NCBI RefSeq assembly: GCF_900079115.1
Contig: NZ_LT549890.1
Span: 1,770,001-1,802,000 of the forward strand
Direction of reading: 5' to 3'
Origin: Saccharolobus solfataricus
GTDB taxonomy: Archaea > Thermoproteota > Thermoprotei_A > Sulfolobales > Sulfolobaceae
Length of the DNA: 32,000 bases
Both the position numbers and the translations under genes were made by a program. Within the stretch, counting starts at the first letter, position 1. Every line of letters starts with the position of its first letter. Under the pieces are notes generated by a model. It was not told where the DNA came from. It was given only the letters and a program-made list of their open reading frames with translations, and made no database searches. Below are positions 7,561 to 16,456 of this stretch, in pieces.

Positions 7561-8592
7561 CTAAATTGCAAGCAAGTTGTTGATTCTTTTAATCATATCA
7601 GCTTCTCTGAACGTGTAGAACGTTACTGCTTGACCTACTCTACCCATTCTACCAGTCCTTCCTACTCTGTGTATGTAAGTCTCCACATCTCTGGGAATAT
7701 CGAAGTTTATTACCTTGTCAACGTCTACTATGTCGATTCCCCTTGAAGCCAAATCAGTTGCAACTAGAACATTGTATTTCCCTTTCTTAAATCCGTAAAA
7801 GTTCTTCAGTCTAACGCTTTGTGGCATATCCCCGCTTAAAAGTCCTACATTTACTCCCTTCCCCCTTAATAAGAAATACAGTTTCCTAGCCCTATCCCTA
7901 GTCCTAGCGAATACTAGAATTTTCTCACCACTAATCTCCTCAAGTAATTTCGATACCTTATCACTCCAATCATTTCTGACCTTTACGAATATCTGTTTAA
8001 CCTCCTCTACTGGTTTATATTCATCTAGTACGATCTCTCTAAGATCCTTGGAGAACTCTTTGGCAAGGGTCATGATTTCATCTGGTATTGTAGCTGAGAA
8101 GAACCCTGTGATCTTGGCATTAGAATGGTTTAATATCATCCTAATATCGTCTATAAAACCCATATCCAACATTCTATCTGCCTCATCAACTATGATGACA
8201 TCGTAACCGGAGAAGTCAATCTTGCCCTTACTCCACAGATCCAAAAGTCTCCCTGGGGTACCAACTACTATCCTAGATTGTCTTTGGCCATCGTAACTCA
8301 TTCCACCTATTATCAAGCTAACATCGATTTGTTTATATTTCCCTAATTTCCTTATCTCATCTAGAATCTGCGTTGCCAATTCTCTAGTAGGTGATAAAAT
8401 TAAAGCTGTACTATTTCTTTCTAGAATCGGAATAACATAAGCGGCAGTCTTACCAGATCCGGTCTTAGCTTGAGCTATCACACTTTTACCGTTTAGCAAT
8501 TCCGGAATAACAACTTCTTGAACTTTGGTAGGCTTAATGTAACCAGCTTCACTCAAAGCCTTTCTTAAATCCTCACTTAAATTTTCAAACAT
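7561..8592 (-). CDS. DEAD-box ATP-dependent RNA helicase (minimal, 343 aa)
   Basis: All core motifs are present: Q (PTKVQ), I (AQAKTGSGKTAAY), Ia (PTRELA), Ib (TPGRL), II (DEAD), III (SAT), V (ASRGIDI) and VI (HRVGRTGR). Confidence 0.9.
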   Translation of the reverse strand: MFENLSEDLRKALSEAGYIKPTKVQEVVIPELLNGKSVIAQAKTGSGKTAAYVIPILERNSTALILSPTRELATQILDEIRKLGKYKQIDVSLIIGGMSYDGQRQSRIVVGTPGRLLDLWSKGKIDFSGYDVIIVDEADRMLDMGFIDDIRMILNHSNAKITGFFSATIPDEIMTLAKEFSKDLREIVLDEYKPVEEVKQIFVKVRNDWSDKVSKLLEEISGEKILVFARTRDRARKLYFLLRGKGVNVGLLSGDMPQSVRLKNFYGFKKGKYNVLVATDLASRGIDIVDVDKVINFDIPRDVETYIHRVGRTGRMGRVGQAVTFYTFREADMIKRINNLLAI

Positions 8593-8714
8593 ATTGGGTT
8601 AGTGATCGTGCTGGTCTAATAAAGCTATGCTTATCTGAGCAATAAAAAATTAACATGTTTACTACTTTTGTAAGTAAGTTTAAATTTAAGTTGTCAACTA
8701 CTTATATATCTACA

Positions 8715-9875
8715 ATGGATAGCTCAAAACATTCATTAATTTACTCAGCCATAATCCTTGTACTGATGACGATCTCAGCTAGAGCTACAAATAACATGGT
8801 TACTACAACAGTTCCACTCTTAGCGAAATATAGTCTTCAGCTATCTAACTCTATGGTAGGCCTTTTATCAGCCTTATTATTTACATTCAACTTCATTGCC
8901 ACAACATTTATTAATCCTGAACTTAATTCGAAGCTAAGAAAAAGGGCGTTCGTTATATCGAATATTATAATTTTACTTTCCTTACCACTCTATTATCTGT
9001 CTAACGTAATATCAATATGGATAATCTCAATCTTCGCTGGGATTGCTTTTGGTTTAGTAATGCCTAATCTAATAACAGCAGCGAGTTTAGCAAATGATAA
9101 GAAATCAGTTGAGAGACTACTATCCCTTTACTCAACTAGCCTTAGTACCAGTTTGATCCTAGGCCCTGCAATTGAAGTCTATTTACTAACTAGATATGAC
9201 TATAGGGATGTATTTCTATGGTTTATTCCGATAGCAGTTATAGGTGTTATAATTGCTTCAAGAATTAGATTCCCAGATGTTAAGAGAGAAAGTAGTGGGA
9301 TGTCAGTGATTAAAAATAAGGGTTTAATGGCAGCTTCCTTATCGATTACAACCTATAACGTGCCATTCGCTGCATTTACAACATTCTTGGCTATATTGGC
9401 TAAAGATAGATTCAACTTGCCGAGTTTTGATGCCTATTTTGTCTTTTTGCCATTCTATATAATGTCGTTCTTAACCAGACTCACAATGACAATAAGGCCT
9501 TTTGAAAACCTCAGAATGCCCATGTTAATTTCAATTATTATAACGATTTTAGGATTGTTTGGACTACTATACGCTCCCAACTATTCTATTTTCTTAGCAG
9601 TTATTGCACTACTGGGAATACCTCATGGTTCAATATTCCCCATGGCTACCATAATGATAAGTAGGGCTACGAGCATTGCTGAAAGGAATGCAGTAAATTC
9701 CTATTTTTCGGCATATAACAACTTATTATTCTTAATAGTACCAGCTATAATTGGATTTGTATCAGAGATAATTGGATTAACGTTCTCCATCTCAGCATTA
9801 GTAATACCAGTTGCCATTACTGCAGTAGTTTTCTTCAAGATGTTTTGGAATGATAATATTATGGTCAAGAGATGA
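8715..9875 (+). CDS. Major-facilitator-superfamily transporter
   Basis: About 12 hydrophobic helices arranged as two halves. The start is probably the ATG at 8715 (MDSSKH...) rather than 8655, because the extra 20 residues are low complexity. Confidence 0.6.
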   Translation: MDSSKHSLIYSAIILVLMTISARATNNMVTTTVPLLAKYSLQLSNSMVGLLSALLFTFNFIATTFINPELNSKLRKRAFVISNIIILLSLPLYYLSNVISIWIISIFAGIAFGLVMPNLITAASLANDKKSVERLLSLYSTSLSTSLILGPAIEVYLLTRYDYRDVFLWFIPIAVIGVIIASRIRFPDVKRESSGMSVIKNKGLMAASLSITTYNVPFAAFTTFLAILAKDRFNLPSFDAYFVFLPFYIMSFLTRLTMTIRPFENLRMPMLISIIITILGLFGLLYAPNYSIFLAVIALLGIPHGSIFPMATIMISRATSIAERNAVNSYFSAYNNLLFLIVPAIIGFVSEIIGLTFSISALVIPVAITAVVFFKMFWNDNIMVKR

Positions 9876-9909
9876 AAATTTAAATAACTTCAAGGCTTTC
9901 CATATCCAC

Positions 9910-10428
9910 ATGGATAAGAAAGTCTTGATTTTTATAGTATTAATAGTTATAATATCTTTTGCTTTAATAATGGTATATCCCTCAGATAGCCTTTTGCTTT
10001 CTCCACAAGAGGCCGAAACTATTTTTGGCGGGAAATGGGGAGTTTTGCTTAACGACACAAATCTAAAGTCTGTCCACACGATAACAATATATCATGTTAA
10101 TAGTGCAAATCTTACTAAACAACAGTCGCTAGAAGTCAAATCAATTGAGGAGGAAGTACTCGTGGGAGACGTAAATAGTACCAATGTGGAATTGACAATA
10201 GTTGTCGTAAAGTTTTCTTCAAACAATAGTTGGAGTGAAATTTTAGGCAATAATACTAATTATTATAAATACAACGGATATTATGTTACTTATTCCGCTA
10301 CTTCCTTTACGTATCCTAAAACAATTATAATGGCTTATAATGGCTCAACGTTAATAGAGATAACTTTAGATGGGTACCAAGCTTCATTTACTCAAGTAAA
10401 GGAGATATTAAGCGATCTCAAAATTTAA
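9910..10428 (+). CDS. Hypothetical N-terminally anchored or secreted protein
   Basis: MDKKVLIFIVLIVIISFALIMV is a signal-anchor. The rest is hydrophilic with several N-x-S/T sequons. The start at ATG 9910 avoids overlap with the MFS gene. No family recognised. Confidence 0.5.
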   Translation: MDKKVLIFIVLIVIISFALIMVYPSDSLLLSPQEAETIFGGKWGVLLNDTNLKSVHTITIYHVNSANLTKQQSLEVKSIEEEVLVGDVNSTNVELTIVVVKFSSNNSWSEILGNNTNYYKYNGYYVTYSATSFTYPKTIIMAYNGSTLIEITLDGYQASFTQVKEILSDLKI

Positions 10429-10528
10429 GACTTTACGTAATCCATCGCCGTCTTCTGACGATTCCCAAAAATAATTTTTATAAAATCTCATTAGCTTCAA
10501 CTCGCTGTAGCCTTATATGGGTTTATAA

Positions 10529-10550
10529 AGAAAAAATTAAAAAAAAAAAA
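10529..10550 (-). terminator. Oligo-T terminator of the ECF transporter operon
   Basis: On the minus strand a run of 12 T (10539-10550), then AA, then 6 T starts one nucleotide after the stop codon at 10552-10554. Oligo-T tracts are the known archaeal termination signal. Confidence 0.6.
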
Positions 10551-10551
10551 G

Positions 10552-11517
10552 TTAAATTCCAACGTATGGTATTGTTCTCCCAAATCCAAGTAAATTAGCT
10601 AAAATTGCCATAACTATTAACGCTATAATTATTGCAACACCGTAATAGTCAACTCTTGTAAACTTAAGTTCTACTAGGCTAGTCCTACTTGGATAAGCCC
10701 TAAATCCTCTAGTATCAGCCGAAATCGCCAAATTCTTAGCTCCCCTAAACAAGTACACCATAGTCGGAATTATTGCCTCAAATATTGCATAAACTATTAG
10801 AAGTGAAGAAATTAATTTCGGTTTACCGTATCCTAAACCCCTCATGTACTGCATTTTTACTGAAGTGTCTAACAGTTCAAATATTCTAGGTATCATCCTT
10901 ATGCCAACTAATACCGAAAACGTAATTGCAATAGGTATCTTTATTTTGGTGAACATCCTGAAAATATCAGATCCAGTAGTCGTAGTAATTAGCAGTAATG
11001 CTGATAATAGGACTGGGGCTATTCTAAATGAAGTTTGAAGACCATAGATTAGTGCTTGTAACGTTAACTGTTGCTCATATCCCATCACTTGGAAATAAGA
11101 TGGAAAAGTCCAAACTACCGTAAACTGTTTTTCATTAGGAAATGCGAGTTGTAGTGTACTAGGAGGTGTATATGGTGCAACACTCCACGTTCCACCTAAT
11201 ATTGTGGAAAGGGTTAAGAAAGACACATATCCAAATTTCCTTACTCCTTCATTTAGAGTTAAATATGATAATAAGAGGATTAAGGTCAATATGGCACCTA
11301 TCCACCATACTGTAGTAGCAGCTACAGTCATAACTACTATTGTGAGTATTACTTTTGTAACGGGATTTAACTTGTACATAAACGTATTTCCAGTCTCATA
11401 ACGCGTTATTTCCTTTAAACCAGTTATACCTATCAAGAAGATTACTAACAATGCTGGGACTGCTGAGCCATAAAGCGCAATTATCCAACTTATTATTTGA
11501 TCAACTAAACTGTTCAT
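10552..11517 (-). CDS. ECF transporter transmembrane (T) component, CbiQ/EcfT/YkoC-like
   Basis: Polytopic membrane protein with the C-terminal ...ADTRGF... (A-x-x-x-R-G) coupling motif typical of T components. It overlaps the upstream ATPase gene by 17 nt. Confidence 0.7.
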   Translation of the reverse strand: MNSLVDQIISWIIALYGSAVPALLVIFLIGITGLKEITRYETGNTFMYKLNPVTKVILTIVVMTVAATTVWWIGAILTLILLLSYLTLNEGVRKFGYVSFLTLSTILGGTWSVAPYTPPSTLQLAFPNEKQFTVVWTFPSYFQVMGYEQQLTLQALIYGLQTSFRIAPVLLSALLLITTTTGSDIFRMFTKIKIPIAITFSVLVGIRMIPRIFELLDTSVKMQYMRGLGYGKPKLISSLLIVYAIFEAIIPTMVYLFRGAKNLAISADTRGFRAYPSRTSLVELKFTRVDYYGVAIIIALIVMAILANLLGFGRTIPYVGI

Positions 11518-13093
11518 TTTTTATCAACCCACCCAATTCGTATTCTAATGGAGGTTCTATACCATGATTAAGTGATTTACTGAAAACCTCCTCTGGTTTT
11601 CCTTCTAAAACTATTTTCCCATCACTCATCACTAATAAATAATCTGTAAATCTATCAACAAATCTCGCATCATGAGTTACAACCAGTATCGTATATCCTT
11701 TATTCCTTAATTCCAAGAGTTCTTTCCCTAAGATTTGCCTATGATACCAATCTTGTCCACTTGTCGGTTCATCCATTAGTATAACCTTAGCTCCACCCGC
11801 TATCACTGAAGCCATTGCAACCCTTCTCCTTTGTCCCATGGAAAGGACTAAAGGATCTTCCGTTCTATAGGCATCTAATGAAAATATCCTCAAGATCTCC
11901 CCTAACCTCATCTCATCATATACGCCTCTATTCTTCATCGAGAATTTAACCTCATCCTCAACCGTCCTCTTTATAAACATAACATCGAAAAATTGTGGTA
12001 AATAAGCCAAATATTTTCCCCTTTCCACAAGTTTGGCCTTACTTAAATCTTTCCCGTTAACTATAACCTTCTCCTCCTCTACTATTAGCCTCTTCTTATC
12101 AATTAAACCAACAATAGCCTTCAATAAGGTAGTCTTTCCGGAACCGTTCTTACCCATTAACGCCGTTATAGTACCTTGTTTTAATGATATTTTAGTATTA
12201 ATCAGATACTTTCCGCTTTTCGTCTTTACCTTTACGCTTGCAAAAAGTATTTCTCCTTTCCCCTCATTTCTCGAGGGTGGTTTATAATTATATGTTTTCC
12301 TTAAATATTCGTAATCTATTCTCCTAAAACCGCTTTTCTTTAAAAATAGCATATAATCTGGTATTTCAAGACCTAAAGAATGGAGAAGATCAGCCCTATC
12401 TATAATCTCATCTTTTTTAATATCCACTGCAATTTTTCCACTTTCTACTACAATTATTCTATCAATAAAGGGTAATACTCTCTCTATTTTATGCTCAACT
12501 AAAACTAGACTAATCCCCTCAGATCTAAAAGTCTTTACTAGCTCTAAAATTTCCCTAGTACCTTGTGGGTCTATATTGGAAGTGGGTTCGTCCAAAATCA
12601 GTGCCTTAGGTCTCATGGCTAGGACTGAAGCTAAAACAGTCCTTTGAAGTTCTCCCCCAGATAGGGTATTAATCTCCCTATCCCTTAAGTGTGAGATCCC
12701 ACAGATCTTCATTGACTCTTCAACCCTGTTTATCATCTCCTCTCTACTTACCATGTAGTTCTCTACACCGAAAGCTACCTCATCTATCACAGTGTAATTA
12801 AAGGCTTGAGTGTCTGGATCTTGTAACAGTGTACCCACATATCTCGATATTTCGGACGTTGGTGTAGTCTTAATGTCCAACCCAAAGACCCTAACTTCAC
12901 CTTTCACCTCAGCGTTAATGAGGTGGGGAATTACGCCATTAATCACACTTACTAGTGTAGACTTTCCACTCCCTGATCTACCAGTTATTAAAACAGACTC
13001 CCCTTCTTCTATATCAAGCTTATCTATAACTATACTTGGTTTTGTTTTCCCCATATAGGTTACTTGGAGGTCCCTAATCTCCACGAATTTCAC
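11501..13093 (-). CDS. Fused double ABC ATPase of an ECF transporter (YkoD/CbiO-like)
   Basis: Two complete ABC cassettes: GRSGSGKST / LSGGELQR / ILDEPTS / VEHK and GKNGSGKTT / LSMGQRRR / ILMDEPTSGQD / VTHD. Confidence 0.9.
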   Translation of the reverse strand: MKFVEIRDLQVTYMGKTKPSIVIDKLDIEEGESVLITGRSGSGKSTLVSVINGVIPHLINAEVKGEVRVFGLDIKTTPTSEISRYVGTLLQDPDTQAFNYTVIDEVAFGVENYMVSREEMINRVEESMKICGISHLRDREINTLSGGELQRTVLASVLAMRPKALILDEPTSNIDPQGTREILELVKTFRSEGISLVLVEHKIERVLPFIDRIIVVESGKIAVDIKKDEIIDRADLLHSLGLEIPDYMLFLKKSGFRRIDYEYLRKTYNYKPPSRNEGKGEILFASVKVKTKSGKYLINTKISLKQGTITALMGKNGSGKTTLLKAIVGLIDKKRLIVEEEKVIVNGKDLSKAKLVERGKYLAYLPQFFDVMFIKRTVEDEVKFSMKNRGVYDEMRLGEILRIFSLDAYRTEDPLVLSMGQRRRVAMASVIAGGAKVILMDEPTSGQDWYHRQILGKELLELRNKGYTILVVTHDARFVDRFTDYLLVMSDGKIVLEGKPEEVFSKSLNHGIEPPLEYELGGLIKNEQFS

Positions 13094-13815
13094 TGTCCCA
13101 CCGCTTTGGCTATCCTCTGCCCAGCTAATGCTCCCAAAATTCCTATTATTACGTCACCTGGTATAAAGGCTAAAAAGTCAAATTGGATAGTAGCCCAATT
13201 CACTATTGCCCCACTTATCAATGGTTTAAAGAAGCCTAGATAAAATATGGGATCTGGGATGGCAAACAATATACCAATTATTATCCCTTCTACTATAGCT
13301 AATCCCACAGTAGTTCTAGTTGCAACCGATGATCCATCAGCACTTTTATATCCAATACCGAACAATTTACCTCTACTACCGATGATCACAAGGTCAAGAA
13401 ATAGTCCATAAGTCAAGGCTTCATAAATCGTATACATCGGCTCTCCACCAAAACCATAGAAAAATAGGTCTGATAATATGTTAAAAATTAGCAAACTTAG
13501 TATTCCAGTACCGGGTTTCCTAACTAAAGCCGCTACTATTAGGAGTATGAACATCCTTCCCCAGAATCCAACTCCTATGAAAGGCGTACTAGGTAAAAAT
13601 CTCCCGATAAAACTGCCTATATAGAACTCCCAAACCACGCTAAAGGCAGCTCCTACTGCGATGTAAACTAAATCAATTGTTGTAAAACTCTTTAAGCCAA
13701 ACCTCTTAGCGAAGTAGAATAATATTGCAAGCCCTATGATGAAGTATATTACAACTATTTCCCATGGCAACATGCCTGGAACTGAAGTATCGAACTTTAT
13801 CCCATTGAATGTCAT
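13090..13815 (-). CDS. Polytopic membrane protein, candidate substrate-capture (S) component of the ECF transporter (YkoE-like position)
   Basis: Six or more hydrophobic helices. ATGA start/stop overlap with the ATPase gene. The gene order S - double ATPase - T matches ykoE-ykoD-ykoC. The assignment is by context only. Confidence 0.45.
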   Translation of the reverse strand: MTFNGIKFDTSVPGMLPWEIVVIYFIIGLAILFYFAKRFGLKSFTTIDLVYIAVGAAFSVVWEFYIGSFIGRFLPSTPFIGVGFWGRMFILLIVAALVRKPGTGILSLLIFNILSDLFFYGFGGEPMYTIYEALTYGLFLDLVIIGSRGKLFGIGYKSADGSSVATRTTVGLAIVEGIIIGILFAIPDPIFYLGFFKPLISGAIVNWATIQFDFLAFIPGDVIIGILGALAGQRIAKAVGQ

Positions 13816-13864
13816 AATTAATTTTAGCTACAAATATTTAAAAGGATTTCCTATATTAGAATTA

Positions 13865-13880
13865 TAAACTATATAGTTTA
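13865..13880. promoter_or_regulatory. Perfect 16-bp palindrome TAAACTATATAGTTTA upstream of the ECF operon
   Basis: Self-complementary over all 16 positions. It lies 50-65 bp upstream of the start codon at 13815 and just upstream of the TTTTAAATAT TATA-like box (minus-strand sense, plus coordinates about 13835-13844). Confidence 0.35.
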
Positions 13881-13904
13881 CTTATGGTAATATCTACTTA
13901 TAAT

Positions 13905-14543
13905 TTAGAGATTTTTCATGATCGTTGGTATTATCTCCCGTAAATCCCTTACTTTTTCTTTTATCTCAGGATAAAAATCGTATCTATCCAGTAACACTGC
14001 ATCTAGATAACTCCTTCTAGCTCCAATGTAATCAATCTCATATATATCCCCTATATGTAATGCAGGATATCCTCCCTTTGAAATGGCAATAGCGAAGATC
14101 TTTGGGTTGGGTTTAACAATACCAATTTCGTGGGATAAGACCAAATTATCGAAATATTTAACCAACCCTAACTCTTCCAACAACTTTTTAGTTCTAGGCG
14201 ACGAATTGCTCACTAGGATTAACTTCAAATTAGCACTTCTGATGGTTTCTAAAAACTCAATCACTTCATCATACACAAACGCTTCACCATCTCTTATATC
14301 AGAACTCATTATACTATTGATCAGTTTCTCATCTGGAGGAATACTCAAATTGTATAAGAACTCCTTAATATCAGTTGGTTGCGCGTAGTTGTTAATAGCC
14401 ATGGCTTTTACATACGCTCTGAAAACCTTTCTAATTTCAACATCATAACCATGTTCTTTAAGAATAATTTGCAATTTCTCATAAAATGCTGGTTTAAAAC
14501 CCACAAGCGTGTTTCCGAAGTCTAAGAAAATTGCCCTATACAC
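13905..14543 (-). CDS. HAD-superfamily hydrolase (subfamily IA-like)
   Basis: Motif I is FLDFGNTLV, motif II is LVSNSS, and the C-terminal segment is GDIYEIDYIGA. The second Asp of the classical DxDxT is Gly here, as in dehalogenase/REG-2-like members. Confidence 0.7.
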   Translation of the reverse strand: MYRAIFLDFGNTLVGFKPAFYEKLQIILKEHGYDVEIRKVFRAYVKAMAINNYAQPTDIKEFLYNLSIPPDEKLINSIMSSDIRDGEAFVYDEVIEFLETIRSANLKLILVSNSSPRTKKLLEELGLVKYFDNLVLSHEIGIVKPNPKIFAIAISKGGYPALHIGDIYEIDYIGARRSYLDAVLLDRYDFYPEIKEKVRDLREIIPTIMKNL

Positions 14544-14613
14544 GTGATCTCACTAAATCTCTTAGGTTATATACTTTTGTTCTTCTTAAAGGCTAAGATT
14601 ATGTACTTCATTA

Positions 14614-15691
14614 TACTTCGTCAGACTTTAAAGGGCAAGAAAACTTCACTCAGTATTGACGTCCAAGGTTCACCGCACCTCTTCACACTATACGTAAGGT
14701 CATTTACTCTCTTGGATATGGAGCGTAGGAACCTCGTTGCATCCCACATTAAGGTCTCGAAGTCCGTGTAAATCTTCGAGTAGAGCCTTTTCTTGAGGAC
14801 TGCCCACGGCCCCTCCGCCGGACTCTTATCCGGAGAGTAAGGCGGCAGATAAACAAACTCCACCCCATTTTCCTCAAGGAATTCCCTCACTTCATTACCG
14901 TGTATTCTAGCATTATCCATCACTATCACGGTCTTCTCGTCCTTTATTACCTTCCTCAAGTAGAGTATAATATCTTTTGAGTTCAGCGAGGGCTTCTTGT
15001 ATGTCGAATAGGAGAAAGTTATTCCCTCTTTACTAATCGTTATCCCGCCTACTACTGCAAACCTCTTCCTCTTAGGGTTGACCTTTATCCCTCCTCCGAC
15101 CTTCATCCAGCCTTTACCCTTGTTTATGTAGGACACGTACGACTCATCGAAGATGTGTACCTTGTACCCTTCTCTTATTTTTTTAAAAAGCTTCTCCCCT
15201 TGTTCCTTCACCCACCTTTCTACAGCGTTATCGTCTCTAACGTAAGTTCTCTTTCCTTTCTTGTACTTGAAGCCTAACTTCTTGAGGACTGGGCTTAAAC
15301 TCCTCGGGTTGTACTTTATCCCAAATTCCTTGTCAAGTATATACGCTATGAGCTTCAAGGTCCAGAAATCGTAGTTCAAGCCGAAATCTCTTGGGCTCTT
15401 TTCTAAGATTCGGACGAGCTTTTCCTCGTCCTTCAGTTTCGTGGGTCCCTTCCTCGGCTTAGCGCTCAGGTCACCTTTCCTCAACCACTTGTACACGGTA
15501 AAGATGGAGACGTCATACTTCTTGGCAACGTCCTTTATACTCATCCCGTTCCTCACATCTTTTACAGCGTTAATCCTCCTCTCTTCCTCTTGTTTCTTGT
15601 TGAGCCTTATACCGTGCATTCTGGATTTCGGCATAACAATTTAGTATTACTCATGAAATATAAATCTTGCTCTTTAAAGTCTGACGAAGTA
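14614..15691 (-). mobile_element. ISC1078 (IS630/Tc1-mariner family), complete, 1078 bp
   Basis: Inverted repeats TACTTCGTCAGACTTTAAAG(G/A)GCAAG lie at both ends. They are flanked by the TA dinucleotide duplication typical of IS630 (14612-14613 and 15692-15693). The length between the TA copies is exactly 1078 bp. Confidence 0.85.
14621..15634 (-). CDS. IS630-family transposase (337 aa)
   Basis: N-terminal HTH (MSIKDVAKKYDVSIFTVYKWL). DDE/D region with IFDESYV ... VIVMDNARIHG ... LPPYSPDKSPAE. Confidence 0.85.
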   Translation of the reverse strand: MPKSRMHGIRLNKKQEEERRINAVKDVRNGMSIKDVAKKYDVSIFTVYKWLRKGDLSAKPRKGPTKLKDEEKLVRILEKSPRDFGLNYDFWTLKLIAYILDKEFGIKYNPRSLSPVLKKLGFKYKKGKRTYVRDDNAVERWVKEQGEKLFKKIREGYKVHIFDESYVSYINKGKGWMKVGGGIKVNPKRKRFAVVGGITISKEGITFSYSTYKKPSLNSKDIILYLRKVIKDEKTVIVMDNARIHGNEVREFLEENGVEFVYLPPYSPDKSPAEGPWAVLKKRLYSKIYTDFETLMWDATRFLRSISKRVNDLTYSVKRCGEPWTSILSEVFLPFKV

Positions 15692-15737
15692 TAACAAACT
15701 AACTACAATTGTATCTTCAACTAATATATGATGAGTA

Positions 15738-15792
15738 ATTTAGGTTAGTAATGCCCTAACCCTTTATGAAAACTCAATAAGTTCTCAAAACA
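15738..15792 (+). repeat. Copy 1 of an unexplained ~55-nt intergenic repeat
   Basis: AATTTAGGTTAGTAATGCCCTAACCCTTTATGAAAACTCAATAAGTTCTCAAAAC aligns with 19094-19152. About three quarters of positions are identical, with two small gaps. Confidence 0.5.
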
Positions 15793-15826
15793 AAAAATGG
15801 GAAAAAATTTAATTAGTGGGGAATAA

Positions 15827-16399
15827 ATGCAAATAATAATGAGTGAAAACGATAGGTACATTAACCCTCTAATTCTCGACAATCCTTTAAGATTTCTAGT
15901 CTCATCTCCTAATAAGATAATATCGAGATTTTCGGAATATCTTAAAGAGGACTATACGATAGTAGACTTGGGATGTGGCCCTGGGTTCTTCACAACAGTC
16001 CTTGCTAGGATGGTGAAAACGGTATATGCAATAGACCCGGATGAAAGAGCAATTAGCAAGCTAAAAGAGAAAGTTCAAAAATTATCTTTAAATAACGTTA
16101 TACCTTACGTTGCGCCTGCTCAAAAGTTAGAATTTATTAGAGATAAAAGTATTGACTTTGTTTTCTCTAACTTAATGCTATGTTGTACTTCAGACCATGA
16201 TGGAGCATTAAGGGAAATTAAGAGAATTCTAAAGGATAGTGGTTTAGCGTATATCAGCGTTACAAGGAGTTTTATCACGAAAGACAAAAAAGACGTTAGT
16301 GGAAAGGAATGGAAGGAAATACTTAGCCAGTTTAAAGTGGTAAAGGAAGGGAAGAGTTTATTGGAAAGATGGGCTATAGTACAACAAAAGACCCTTTAA
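15827..16399 (+). CDS. Class I SAM-dependent methyltransferase
   Basis: Motif I is [11 protein letters not shown], followed by an acidic residue at the end of beta-2 (YAIDPDE). Post-I and motif IV-like segments are present. The start could be the ATG at 15827 or the one at 15839. Confidence 0.75.
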   Translation: MQIIMSENDRYINPLILDNPLRFLVSSPNKIISRFSEYLKEDYTIVDLGCGPGFFTTVLARMVKTVYAIDPDERAISKLKEKVQKLSLNNVIPYVAPAQKLEFIRDKSIDFVFSNLMLCCTSDHDGALREIKRILKDSGLAYISVTRSFITKDKKDVSGKEWKEILSQFKVVKEGKSLLERWAIVQQKTL

Positions 16400-16456
16400 T
16401 TAACTTAGCCTTCTCCTTACCCTAAATAGTTACTATGGGGCGGGTTAATAGGTTGT

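Noticed and set aside
9798-10079. ORF 9798..10079 on the - strand
   Set aside because: It lies antisense across the MFS stop and the start of the next + strand gene. It has no promoter-like context, and the sense genes have better coding features.
10844-14388. Antisense ORFs within the ECF operon and the HAD gene (10844..11038, 11204..11401, 12033..12287, 12810..13058, 14083..14388)
   Set aside because: Each lies wholly inside a gene whose sense-strand product has unambiguous family motifs. Their sequences are Ser/Leu/Ile-rich shadow frames.
14544-15644. ORFs 14544..14771 (+) and 15441..15644 (+)
   Set aside because: The first starts in host DNA and reads across the ISC1078 inverted repeat into the antisense of the transposase. 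The second lies antisense to the transposase N-terminus.
15729-15795. Perfect C box AUGAUGA at 15729-15735 as the start of a C/D sRNA
   Set aside because: Twelve nucleotides downstream the sequence reads AGUA, not CUGA. No C' box or terminal CUGA lies within 70 nt.
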